Assembly: GCA_045863295.1 (NCBI GenBank)
Contig: BTWA01000001.1
Location: 96,001-160,000 of the forward strand
Length of the DNA: 64,000 nucleotides
Origin: Candidatus Hydrogenedentota bacterium
Lineage (GTDB): Bacteria; Hydrogenedentota; Hydrogenedentia; Hydrogenedentales; SLHB01
Direction: 5' to 3'
Positions 54,791 through 64,000 of this stretch are shown here, one piece after another (position 1 is the first letter of the stretch; each line of letters starts with the position of its first letter). The notes beneath the pieces are model-generated. The model was not told the origin of the DNA, did not search any database, and saw nothing but the letters and a program-made list of their open reading frames with translations. Both the position numbers and the translations under genes were made by a program.

Positions 54791-55972
54791 ATGGCCACAT
54801 CATCCTTTACAACGCCCCTCCGAAGGGAACCGCCCCAGTCCGTGAGCTGGAATGGGCGACGCCATTTTGTCCTTCACCGCTACGTGGTGTGGGAAGTGAT
54901 GACGCCGGCCGTGCTCGCGATGGTGGTCCTGAGCCTGATTGGACCCATCAACGAAATGCGGGAGCGCACGCGCGAGCTTCCGCTGGAATTCCTGGAGCTG
55001 TGGGATGTGGTTCGGCTCATCGCCTACTTCTTGCCGACCATTGTCTCGTACGTCATTCCCATCACCTACATGTTGGGAATCTTGATGGCTTTCGGCCGTT
55101 TGGCACAGAACAATGAAATCACCGCCATGAAAGCCGCGGGCATTCCACTGAAACAAGTGGTCATGCCAGTAATCGCGCTGGGTGCGGTGCTGAGCGCATT
55201 CTGCTTTCTTCTGCAAGACAGGGTTCAGCCGGCGGCATTTGCACGCGTCAACGCGCTGATATTTCAGGAGTTGCCAAAGCGCATCACGTTGGAAGTACTG
55301 CCGCCGGGCGTCATGCACGAATTTGGCAATTGGCGCATCTATTACAGAGACCGCGACGTGGCGACCAAGACGCTCCTGAACGTCGAGATTATGGACCAAG
55401 TGACCGCGGGCGAACGTAAAATCTACCTTGCCGAGTCCGCCCAGTTCAGCGATGGCGACACTTCGACCGCCCTCCTGTTACGGAACGGACAATACATACA
55501 CCTTCGGAGCAGCACTCGCCCGATCAGGGGAATGTTCGAGACGACCGAGATCATGATGCCGAAAAAGGGACTTCCCACGGAAACCGGCCGGAAAAGAACC
55601 CTGCAGTTGGGAGAGCTATTCACGGAAGAACAGGCAATTGCCCAGCGATATGAGGCTCAGCCGTCTCAGTCATTGGGGAAACGAGTCTTAAGTCTGCGGG
55701 TGGAAATCGCTGACCGCATAAGCCTTTCGTTGGCCTGTCTGATGGTGAGTCTGGTGGCTGCGCCACTCGCTGTACGCGGATCGCGCGCCGGCCGGGCTCA
55801 CGGCTTCGCCCTGGGCTTTGGGATTCTTCTGGTGTATTACACCCTCAAGCTGGGCCTTGAGCCACGCGCGGGTGTGCCCGGCCTGACCGAAACCGTACTG
55901 CGCGCGATGACACCTAATCTCGTGCTTGGCGCCGCCGGCGTATGGGCATTGTGGCGAGTGGACCGGATATGA
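54791..55972 (+). CDS. lptF: LPS export ABC transporter permease, LptF/LptG family
   Basis: FGRLAQNNEITAMKAAGI; 3+3 TM architecture; paired with the next gene. Confidence 0.85.
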   Translation: MATSSFTTPLRREPPQSVSWNGRRHFVLHRYVVWEVMTPAVLAMVVLSLIGPINEMRERTRELPLEFLELWDVVRLIAYFLPTIVSYVIPITYMLGILMAFGRLAQNNEITAMKAAGIPLKQVVMPVIALGAVLSAFCFLLQDRVQPAAFARVNALIFQELPKRITLEVLPPGVMHEFGNWRIYYRDRDVATKTLLNVEIMDQVTAGERKIYLAESAQFSDGDTSTALLLRNGQYIHLRSSTRPIRGMFETTEIMMPKKGLPTETGRKRTLQLGELFTEEQAIAQRYEAQPSQSLGKRVLSLRVEIADRISLSLACLMVSLVAAPLAVRGSRAGRAHGFALGFGILLVYYTLKLGLEPRAGVPGLTETVLRAMTPNLVLGAAGVWALWRVDRI

Positions 55973-57048
55973 AAACCGTCGATCGATATCTGGTTATTCG
56001 GTTTATGGGCGCCATACTCAAAACATTGATCAGCATGATCTCGCTCTACATCGTGGTGGATTTGTTGACCGCCCGTAATGCGGCGATCCTGAGAAATGAC
56101 ATACCCATCGCGGTGGTTGTTCAATACTACGCGGCGTTGACACCGTGGATTGTGGGTCAGATTGCCCCGTTCGCCGTACTCGTTGCCGGGCTGATGGTCA
56201 TTGGCGATACAGCGCAGAACAACGAAGTCGTTGCCATGATGTCTGGCGGAATCAGTCTGCGGCGGTTTGTGCTTGGGCCGATTGTGGTGGTCGCGGCGTT
56301 TGCCGTTGCCACCTTCCTAGTGACCGAAACGATTGGTGTGACAGCCGCCCGCACGACTGAATCGTTGTACAAATCCTACTTCTCCCGCAATCCCGATTTC
56401 GATCGACATGGCATTAGCTGGGGCAATTTGTCCGGCGGATGGACCTGCCATATCCGAAAATTCAATCGGATCGCCCTGACCGGCGAAGATGTCTTTATTC
56501 ACATTGCAACCAAGGAGCGCACCGAACAAATCGAAGCGCACCGAATACTTTGGGACGACTCCACTGGACAGTGGCTGATTGAAGACGGAAGGTGGTACAC
56601 GTGGGCAGCCGATCAGTCTACCGTGCGATGGGAGCCCATTTCCCAACGGCCAGCGCCGTTCACGGAAACCCCAGAGACCTTGTTTTCTGTATTCGACGAA
56701 GCCGATACCAAGACGCCGGAGCAATTGAAAGAAGACATCGAAGCGGCGGAATCCCGCAACATGCAATCTTCCGCGTTGAAAGTCGCTTATCAAGCCAAGT
56801 TCGCCAGACCGGCCATGTGTTTTGTCATGATCTGGCTTGCAATACCCTTCGCGCTGCGCCTGCGCCGGGGCGGTCTTGCGATCAGTTTTGGGCTGGGCAT
56901 CTTGATTGGCACGGCCTATTTGCTCGTGTTTCTTGTGTCCATGCGCATTGGCGAAGCCGGGCGCCTTTCGCCAGTGCTCGCGGCGTGGCTTGCCAATGTC
57001 GCCTTTCTTTGCGGAGGGCAGGTTTTATTCTGGCGCACGCCCACCTGA
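55969..57048 (+). CDS. lptG: LPS export ABC transporter permease, LptF/LptG family
   Basis: MKTVDRY, NNEVVAMMSGGIS and LSPVLAAWLAN; ATGA overlap with lptF. Confidence 0.85.
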   Translation: MKTVDRYLVIRFMGAILKTLISMISLYIVVDLLTARNAAILRNDIPIAVVVQYYAALTPWIVGQIAPFAVLVAGLMVIGDTAQNNEVVAMMSGGISLRRFVLGPIVVVAAFAVATFLVTETIGVTAARTTESLYKSYFSRNPDFDRHGISWGNLSGGWTCHIRKFNRIALTGEDVFIHIATKERTEQIEAHRILWDDSTGQWLIEDGRWYTWAADQSTVRWEPISQRPAPFTETPETLFSVFDEADTKTPEQLKEDIEAAESRNMQSSALKVAYQAKFARPAMCFVMIWLAIPFALRLRRGGLAISFGLGILIGTAYLLVFLVSMRIGEAGRLSPVLAAWLANVAFLCGGQVLFWRTPT

Positions 57049-57081
57049 TTGGAAACGGGGGAATTCTGGAGGGACCTATTC

Positions 57082-58320
57082 ATGAAACCGAATTCAGAGG
57101 CCTACCTGCGATCCGCATTGGCCCAGTTGGAAGACCGCGTCGGATCGCTGGACTCCATCAAAAATCGCATTAAGCATCACCGCATAGAGACGCCCTCCTG
57201 GGGGTACGGCGATTCCGGCACGCGTTTCAAAGTATTCACTCAGCCCGGCGCGGCCCGCACGGTATGGGAAAAAATTGACGATGCCGCCACGGTGCATAGG
57301 TTTACGGGCGCGGCTCCTTCAGTGGCGCTGCACATTCCCTGGGACAAAGTGGACGATTACGCTGCGCTAAGCGCGTTCGCCCTCGAACGTGGCGTGTCGC
57401 TGGGAGCCATCAATCCCAATGTCTTTCAAGACGACTGCTACAAACTCGGCAGCTTGACCCATGAAGATCGAGCCGTTCGCAAGAAAGCGGTCGACCACCT
57501 GATCGAATGCGTTGAGATCGCAAAGGAAGTACGATCCTCGCTGCTCAGTTTGTGGTTCGCGGACGGAACCAACTACCCCGGTCAGGGCGACATCCGCCGC
57601 CGCAAACGCTGGATGCAAGAAGGGTTGGCCGAGACCTACGCCGCCATGCCTCCAGGGATGCGCATGCTAGTTGAATACAAATTCTTCGAACCTGCGTTTT
57701 ACCATACTGACATCGCGGACTGGGGAATGTCGTTTGCCTACTGCAAACATCTGGGCGAACAAGCACAGGTGCTGATCGATCTCGGTCACCATCCCCTCGG
57801 CACCAATATCGAACATATCGTCGCATTCCTGTTGGACGAAGGTAAGATGGGCGGGTTCCACTTCAACAACAAGAAATACGCTGACGACGACGTTACAGTG
57901 GGCAGCGTGAATCCGTACGAGCTCTTCCTGATTTACAACGAGCTCGTTGCCGCCGAAGACGATCCGGAGATTCACGCCGATGTGGCGTACATGATCGATC
58001 AGAGCCATAACGTAAAGCCCAAGATCGAAGCCATGATCCAATCCATCCAGAATTGCCAAACCCAATATGCGAGAGCCTGCCTCGTCGATCGCAAAGCCCT
58101 GAAGGAGGCACAGCAATCGGGCGACATCGTGCGCGCGGAAGAAGTCTTGCAGGACGCCTACCAAACCGACGTGCGTCCGCTGCTGGCGCAGGTGCGCGTA
58201 GAACAAGGCCTCGATCCCGATCCGTTGCAGGCATACCGCGGCAGCGGACACCAAGCTGGCATCGAAGCGTCGCGAGGCAAGCGCGGCGCCGACAAGGTGA
58301 CCTCGGGTTATCCGGGCTGA
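57082..58320 (+). CDS. rhaI: L-rhamnose isomerase (RhaI type)
   Basis: ETPSWGYGDSGTRFKVF, LHIPWD, WFADGTNYPG, EYKFFEP, DLGHH and MIDQSHN. Confidence 0.92.
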   Translation: MKPNSEAYLRSALAQLEDRVGSLDSIKNRIKHHRIETPSWGYGDSGTRFKVFTQPGAARTVWEKIDDAATVHRFTGAAPSVALHIPWDKVDDYAALSAFALERGVSLGAINPNVFQDDCYKLGSLTHEDRAVRKKAVDHLIECVEIAKEVRSSLLSLWFADGTNYPGQGDIRRRKRWMQEGLAETYAAMPPGMRMLVEYKFFEPAFYHTDIADWGMSFAYCKHLGEQAQVLIDLGHHPLGTNIEHIVAFLLDEGKMGGFHFNNKKYADDDVTVGSVNPYELFLIYNELVAAEDDPEIHADVAYMIDQSHNVKPKIEAMIQSIQNCQTQYARACLVDRKALKEAQQSGDIVRAEEVLQDAYQTDVRPLLAQVRVEQGLDPDPLQAYRGSGHQAGIEASRGKRGADKVTSGYPG

Positions 58321-58447
58321 TTCATCGAAGGGTGAAGGTGTGTACGTGGGCGTCCGCTGAATGGCCGCCCGGCCATCATTGTCATACGGCGTTTTGTGAG
58401 GATTAGGTTAGGCCGGCGGTTGGGTCGGAAGGGGAAGCGTGATTTGC

Positions 58448-59272
58448 ATGTACCGGCGCACTCTAATTAAAACATTGATTTACCTGGTAGGACCACTCAC
58501 GCTTACTGGAGTCCTGCTTGCTCTCTATTTTTCAGGCGACATCTTTCTCCAGCGGTTGGTCAGTCCCAAGCTGCCTCCCTTGCCTCCAGATTCGTGGCGG
58601 GAATTTGGCCTTTTGGAGAACTTCCAAAATCTTCTTCTGATATGCATGGCAGCGGTTGCGCTGAGGTCCGCGCTGACCAAACCTACAAAGCGGGAGAGGC
58701 GCATTTTCGCTTGCGTAACTCTTCTCTCAGCGTTCGTGCTACTGGAAGAGATAGATTACGGAGCACACTTTGTGCGCTACTGGAATTCGGACCACGACAT
58801 CGAATGGTTTCGCCCAGTCTCGGAATGGCCGGTGGAACTTACGGATGCCATCGACATCAAGACCGAGCCATTCAATTTGCATAATATTGATGATGTAACC
58901 GACCACATGAAGCTGGCCGCAAATGTCGTACTTGCGATGCTGTTTGTTGTCGCCCCCATTTTTGTCCACCGCATCCGAAACCCATGGATGCGCTATTTCG
59001 TGCCCGACCGATTTGCGGTAGGAACGGTGGTGTGTCTCGTGGCGGTTCGATACGTGACACATCACCTCGGCGAATTGGAACGTGCCGCGGTTGCGGCCCA
59101 CCCGGGAAATCGGGAACTTGGATCGATTAGCAGAAACCTCTCCGAGTTCCGGGAACTGGGTATGTACTATCTCTGGCTCATTTACTTGATCGATATGGCG
59201 TTTTTCCGGCAATCGCCCACGTTGAGTCCAAACGAACAGATTCAAACGTCTCGCGATGACTGTTCCCCGTGA
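58448..59272 (+). CDS. Hypothetical membrane protein
   Basis: Multiple TM helices; REFGLLENFQ, LEEIDYG and NLHN motifs. Confidence 0.7.
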   Translation: MYRRTLIKTLIYLVGPLTLTGVLLALYFSGDIFLQRLVSPKLPPLPPDSWREFGLLENFQNLLLICMAAVALRSALTKPTKRERRIFACVTLLSAFVLLEEIDYGAHFVRYWNSDHDIEWFRPVSEWPVELTDAIDIKTEPFNLHNIDDVTDHMKLAANVVLAMLFVVAPIFVHRIRNPWMRYFVPDRFAVGTVVCLVAVRYVTHHLGELERAAVAAHPGNRELGSISRNLSEFRELGMYYLWLIYLIDMAFFRQSPTLSPNEQIQTSRDDCSP

Positions 59273-59342
59273 GTGGGAGACGTTTGTGTCAGGCATGGTG
59301 TCGAATATGTCAGGATGGTTGTCAATACAGCAAGAGAGCATT

Positions 59343-60392
59343 ATGAATCGACGTTCCTTTCTTGTAAGTCTGGCAGCCGCAGCCAACGCATTGGAAAACG
59401 TCGGGCAAGACGTCGCGCCGACGTCCACTCCCGGCCGCTGGCGCGGTTTCAACCTGCTTGAGAAATTTATCGCGGAATCAAAGAGTCCGTTTGTCGAGCG
59501 CGATTTCGCATGGATGCAACAGTGGGGCTTCGATTTTGTTCGCCTGCCCATGGATTACCGGTGCTGGGCGCGCCAGGACGACTGGCTTACACTTGATGAG
59601 CCCGAATTGAAAGAAATCGACGATGCAGTAACGCTGGGTGGCAAATATGGTGTGCATGTGAGCATCAATTTCCATCGCGCACCGGGTTACAGCGTAAATC
59701 CAAATCCCCCCGAGCCGGTTTCCCTTTGGGAGGACGAAAATGCACAAGCGGCATTTGCTCAACACTGGCGCCATTTCGCTGCGAGATACGCGGGTGTGCC
59801 CAACGACCGTGTGAGTTTCAATCTGTTGAACGAACCCGCAAAGATTTCCGAAGATCGCTACGTGCGTGTCGCCTTGAGGGCTATTGAGGCAATTCGCGAC
59901 GTAGACGCCGATCGCCTCATCATTTCGGATGGCCTGCATTGGGCGCGCCAGCCGGTAAAGTCGCTGGCGGTCGAGGGCGTGGCGCAGAGCACCCGCGGGT
60001 ATGACCCTATGCCTATCAGCCATTATCAGGCATCGTGGGTGAATGGATCGGACAAGTGGCCCCTGCCCGAGTGGCCTAGCGAGGATGGAGAGAATTCGTG
60101 GAACCAGGATCGTTTGCGCACGATGTATGATGCTTGGCGCGACTTGGCCGAATCGGGCGTGGTCGTGCACGTTGGCGAATTCGGCGCGTTCAACCGAACG
60201 CCCCATGCCGTGGTCATGGCCTGGATGAAAGACAATCTGGAGATATGGAAAGAAGCCGGATGGGGCTGGGCGCTGTGGAACTTGCGGGGCTCGTTCGGGG
60301 TTGTCGATTCCGGACGGTCCGATGTCGTCTACGAGGAGTTTGACGGCCACAAACTTGACAAGGCAATGTTGGATCTGTTGCGCAACTTCTAA
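59343..60392 (+). CDS. Glycoside hydrolase family 5 protein, Tat-exported
   Basis: MNRRSFL; WRGFNL, GFDFVRLP, LNEP (acid/base), VGEFG (nucleophile) and GWALWN. Confidence 0.92.
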   Translation: MNRRSFLVSLAAAANALENVGQDVAPTSTPGRWRGFNLLEKFIAESKSPFVERDFAWMQQWGFDFVRLPMDYRCWARQDDWLTLDEPELKEIDDAVTLGGKYGVHVSINFHRAPGYSVNPNPPEPVSLWEDENAQAAFAQHWRHFAARYAGVPNDRVSFNLLNEPAKISEDRYVRVALRAIEAIRDVDADRLIISDGLHWARQPVKSLAVEGVAQSTRGYDPMPISHYQASWVNGSDKWPLPEWPSEDGENSWNQDRLRTMYDAWRDLAESGVVVHVGEFGAFNRTPHAVVMAWMKDNLEIWKEAGWGWALWNLRGSFGVVDSGRSDVVYEEFDGHKLDKAMLDLLRNF

Positions 60393-60437
60393 ATCTGCTT
60401 TGACGGTCACAAAATTCTCCATGGGAGTTCTTATCAC

Positions 60438-62489
60438 ATGTACTGTCGTCCTGCCGCTTTTCTGGTCGTCTGGGCATTGCTGGAGATGACGGATCCTTCC
60501 GTGCACGCGCAGACTTCCGCGCCGGTCACGCGCGTGTCAGTCGTACTTGACACGGACGCTACCCCTCCGGAGATTCTTGCGGCCGGTGTACTGAAACGGC
60601 GAGTAGAGCAAGTGAGCGAGGTGACTGTAGAAATCGGCCAAACCGCCGGCGCAAATGCAGTCATGTATCTGGGCGTCTCGCGTGAAGCCGGTACGGTGCA
60701 TGATCAGTTTGCGCGCCTGAACGGAACATTGCCTGGGCGCAAGGAGGAATTGTTTCCAGAAGGCTATGCTGTGAAGTCCGATGGAAACGTAATTGTAGCC
60801 GTTGGAGTGGATGCGCGCGGCGTGTTGTATGCGGTGGGTGAAATCGTGCGGCAACTGAAATACGCGGCGGACTCCATTGCAATACCTGTTATCGACGTGC
60901 AGACCGCGCCCGCATTCCGTTACCGCGGTTTCTCCGCGAATCAAGGCGGCACGATGATGAAGATTACGGGTGCGCGCGGTTGGACCGAAGACGAATTGCA
61001 CGACGTGATCATGGAATATGCGCTCGCCGGAGGTAACACATTCTATGCCTCGGACCAACCCAGTCCATTCTATGATTGGCAGAAATCCCACGGGTTTATG
61101 ACCGTCACCGGCGCAAGGCCGAATCAGTTGCGCAGCGAGTTTCCACCGGAATGGAAGGCAGCGGGCCGCGAGGGCTGGGAAGGAAACACGTGGGTATGTC
61201 CTTCGATACCCGAGGCGCGCGCAGCCCTGATAAAGCAATGGGAAGAGGATTTCGGCTCGAGCGCGTTTCATGATGTGATGCGTTTCTATGCCGGCGATCC
61301 CGGCGGATGCACCTGCGACCAATGCACGCCGTGGGGTAAGACCTTTGTGGAGTTCTGCGAAGAGCTGGCGGCGATTTGGCTAAAGCACCATCCCGGAAGC
61401 ACTGTGCAGATCGCGAACCAAGGCTTGGACAACGCCGGCGATCAGGCCATCTTCGATTATCTGAATGAGAAGCCGCGGACATGGTCGTACGGAATTTGCT
61501 ACGGTCCCGGCAGCAACGCTATGTCGCCATACTTCCGCGATATTGACATGCGAGACGACCTGTTCGCCTATCCCGGCCAAGGACCGGTGAACCGCTACGT
61601 GGCGGAAATCGTTAGTGAATTGCCAGCCGATCAGCGTCTGGTTCACTACTCCGATATTACCCATTGGATCAGTGCGCAGTATATGGTCGAGCATCCGGAA
61701 CCACACATAGTGAAAGCATATGGCCGCCGCACGTTTCATGCACGCCCCAAGGCGATGTATTGGACATTTCAGGCAATCATGCCATTCTCCGAAGGCGATA
61801 TCATCTATTCCGAGGGCAATCACGACGAGTTTCATCAGTACTTGTGGGCACGGCTTCTATGGGATCCGAACCGCTCTCTGGACGATGTCATGACGGAATA
61901 CTGTACGCTCTACTTCGGCGAAGAGGCCGCCCCGGAGATGGTACAGGCGCTTTTCCAATTGGAGAGCAGTCTTGAAGCGTCTTTGGCGGAAAACCCTGGC
62001 ATCGAAAAGTACTACGCACTCGTCAAGTCGGCCGGCGAAAAGATGCCCGCATGGCGCAAAGAAAAGGATTATCGCTGGCGGCTTCACATGCAAAAAGCCG
62101 CGCTTGACCGCTACAATCAGTGGAAGCTTCGCGCGGAGTTGGACAAAGAAGCGCGAATCCGGAGTGTACTTGAGCCGGCGATTGCAAAAGGGCCGCTGGA
62201 TGAAGCAATCGAAGCCGCGCAGTCCATACTCAACGAATCAAACGAGATGCCTGAGATGGCCGCACTGCGAGAAGAAGCGCGAGTGTTGGGCGAGGAAACC
62301 AATGCGCGCCACGGCGATAGAAACCCCGGTTACTTCAAATTGGACCAGCCGTTCCGCGACCTTCCGGGAATCCAGCGCAGTCTCGATGCGGCCAAGTCGG
62401 CACAAGGCCGCGAACAAAAGCGCGAGCACCTGAAATTCACACTTAAACTCACGGAAAAACCAACCGTGCACGGCAACATCTTCTGGTAA
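60438..62489 (+). CDS. Secreted protein with a GH67/GH20-type N-terminal domain and an uncharacterised catalytic-like domain
   Basis: PEGYAV...GVDARGVLYAVG, PAFRYRG, GDPGGC and LLWDP...YCTLYFG. Confidence 0.7.
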   Translation: MYCRPAAFLVVWALLEMTDPSVHAQTSAPVTRVSVVLDTDATPPEILAAGVLKRRVEQVSEVTVEIGQTAGANAVMYLGVSREAGTVHDQFARLNGTLPGRKEELFPEGYAVKSDGNVIVAVGVDARGVLYAVGEIVRQLKYAADSIAIPVIDVQTAPAFRYRGFSANQGGTMMKITGARGWTEDELHDVIMEYALAGGNTFYASDQPSPFYDWQKSHGFMTVTGARPNQLRSEFPPEWKAAGREGWEGNTWVCPSIPEARAALIKQWEEDFGSSAFHDVMRFYAGDPGGCTCDQCTPWGKTFVEFCEELAAIWLKHHPGSTVQIANQGLDNAGDQAIFDYLNEKPRTWSYGICYGPGSNAMSPYFRDIDMRDDLFAYPGQGPVNRYVAEIVSELPADQRLVHYSDITHWISAQYMVEHPEPHIVKAYGRRTFHARPKAMYWTFQAIMPFSEGDIIYSEGNHDEFHQYLWARLLWDPNRSLDDVMTEYCTLYFGEEAAPEMVQALFQLESSLEASLAENPGIEKYYALVKSAGEKMPAWRKEKDYRWRLHMQKAALDRYNQWKLRAELDKEARIRSVLEPAIAKGPLDEAIEAAQSILNESNEMPEMAALREEARVLGEETNARHGDRNPGYFKLDQPFRDLPGIQRSLDAAKSAQGREQKREHLKFTLKLTEKPTVHGNIFW

Positions 62490-62492
62490 GTG

Positions 62493-63911
62493 CTATTCGC
62501 CCGGTTCAAGCGGGATGCCCAGCGCCTTCATGCGACGCCAGACCGAAGTCCGAGTAAGGCCCAGCCGCCGCGCGGCCTCGGCCTTGTTCCAGTCGCACTC
62601 CCGCAAGACTTCGATCAACTGATCCTTGGATGCGGACCGGTGCCTGCCGTGGCGCACCGCGCGCGCATACGGCAACGCGGCGGGCAACTCGGGCGCCGCG
62701 CACATTTTGCTCCGGAGTTCCATGCGCCGGATTTCCAGCGGCAAATCGAACGGTCCAATCAACGGGCCGGGGCAAGTGACGAATGCATGCTCCACCGCAT
62801 TCTCCAACTCTCGCACGTTGCCCGGCCAGCAATAGTCCATCATGATGCGCATGGCCTCCGGCGAAAATCCACGAATGTCCTTGTTCGTCGATCGACGGAA
62901 CAGACCGATGAAGTGGTTCAACAGCAGCGGCATGTCTTCCTTGCGCTCCCGCAGCGGAGGCAGAACGACGGGAAAGACCTTCAACCGGTAGTACAGGTCT
63001 TCCCGGAAATTGCCTTTCTTCACCTCCGCCAGCAAATCCTTGTTGGTGGCCGCAATGATGCGCACGTCGACTCTCCGGGAGATCGATTCGCCGACGCGTT
63101 CCAGTTCGCGCTCCTGCAGAACGCGCAACAACTTCACTTGGATCAAGGGCGGAATCTCGCCAATCTCATCCAGAAAAATGGTGCCGCCGTCCGCGCGTTC
63201 GAACCGGCCTATGTTGTCGCGAATCGCGCCCGTAAACGCACCCTTGACGTGCCCAAACAGTTCGCTTTCCAGAAGCGACTCGCTGAGCGCCGAACAATTG
63301 ACCGTGACGATGGGTTTCCCCCGCCGGTCGCTGTTGAAGTGAATCGCTTTGGCAACCAGTTCCTTGCCGGTACCCGTCTCTCCATAAACAAGCACAGTCA
63401 CGTTGGAGGCCGCCGCCATCTCCACGAGGTTGTAAAGTTCCTGCATGGGCCGGCTCTTGCCAATCAGACTGTGGAATTCGTACCGCTCGGCCACGTGGCG
63501 CTGCAGACTGCTGACTTGCTCCTGGAGCTCGCGCACGGGGCTGATATCGGTGAGCGTAATGACCGCCCCCACAGCCTCGCCATCGGCATCGCGGAGAACC
63601 CGGCCATTTGCAATCACCGGCACCTCGGTTCCGTCGCGACGCGCGATCACCGTCTCCACGCGGTTGGCCTCTCCCCGCGCAAACAATTCGCAATCCATGT
63701 TCTCGAAAGGCACGGCCGTCCCTGCGTCGCCTGCTTTGAGAAACGAGCAGGGTTGGCCATACGCTTCATCGCTGGAATATCCCGTGAGCCGCTGCATGGC
63801 CCGGTTCCATCGTTGAATCCGATGGTCGTTGTCAATGACAAAAACGCCGTCGGCCATGGTGTCCAGGATGGCCGCCAATTCCAACGCTTCCCGTTCGAAT
63901 GACTCAATCAC
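62493..63911 (-). CDS. PAS-domain sigma54-dependent Fis-family transcriptional activator
   Basis: PAS ([13 protein letters not shown]...WNRAM), [22 protein letters not shown] and [14 protein letters not shown] start is tentative. Confidence 0.92.
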   Translation of the reverse strand: MIESFEREALELAAILDTMADGVFVIDNDHRIQRWNRAMQRLTGYSSDEAYGQPCSFLKAGDAGTAVPFENMDCELFARGEANRVETVIARRDGTEVPVIANGRVLRDADGEAVGAVITLTDISPVRELQEQVSSLQRHVAERYEFHSLIGKSRPMQELYNLVEMAAASNVTVLVYGETGTGKELVAKAIHFNSDRRGKPIVTVNCSALSESLLESELFGHVKGAFTGAIRDNIGRFERADGGTIFLDEIGEIPPLIQVKLLRVLQERELERVGESISRRVDVRIIAATNKDLLAEVKKGNFREDLYYRLKVFPVVLPPLRERKEDMPLLLNHFIGLFRRSTNKDIRGFSPEAMRIMMDYCWPGNVRELENAVEHAFVTCPGPLIGPFDLPLEIRRMELRSKMCAAPELPAALPYARAVRHGRHRSASKDQLIEVLRECDWNKAEAARRLGLTRTSVWRRMKALGIPLEPGE

Positions 63912-64000
63912 GGCACGCCCCCTTTCTCCGCAAAGACTCCTTAGTATACAACGAAACCAGGCGCTGTGTACCCCTGGTTTCAAACCGGACGGAAATGCGC

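Noticed and set aside
1..64000. CRISPR arrays, IS elements, prophage or defence genes
   Set aside because: No regularly spaced direct repeats and no transposase, integrase, cas or phage structural motifs were recognised by eye.

Overview
A GC-rich, gene-dense bacterial chromosomal segment with about 45 CDSs and one tRNA-Lys(UUU). I saw no mobile element, rRNA or CRISPR array. The abundance of DUF1559-type pilins, carboxypeptidase-like repeat proteins and secreted CAZyme-like proteins suggests a PVC-like or Candidatus Hydrogenedentes organism, but this is inference only. Housekeeping and catabolic genes include nagA (partial), aspS, fdxA, lptF/lptG, an L-rhamnose isomerase, and GH5-, GH172- and GH141-like enzymes. 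Four things stand out. (1) A 763-aa fusion of an MshEN c-di-GMP-receptor domain to a DnaA-type AAA+ domain lacking the DNA-binding domain. It has tandem NrdR-like boxes upstream and heads a pilB-pilT-pilS-pilR cluster without pilC. A sigma54-type pilin gene and a stand-alone PilC-N-like microprotein lie elsewhere in the window. (2) A sigma54-type respiratory operon in which a Rieske/cytochrome b pair sits between two CydA-like membrane proteins, one carrying a CxxCH heme c motif. (3) A structured leader with two alternative pairings, upstream of an acyltransferase-esterase fusion gene. (4) A BlaI/M56 pair with a non-canonical double operator. All calls come from reading motifs by eye; no database searches were run.
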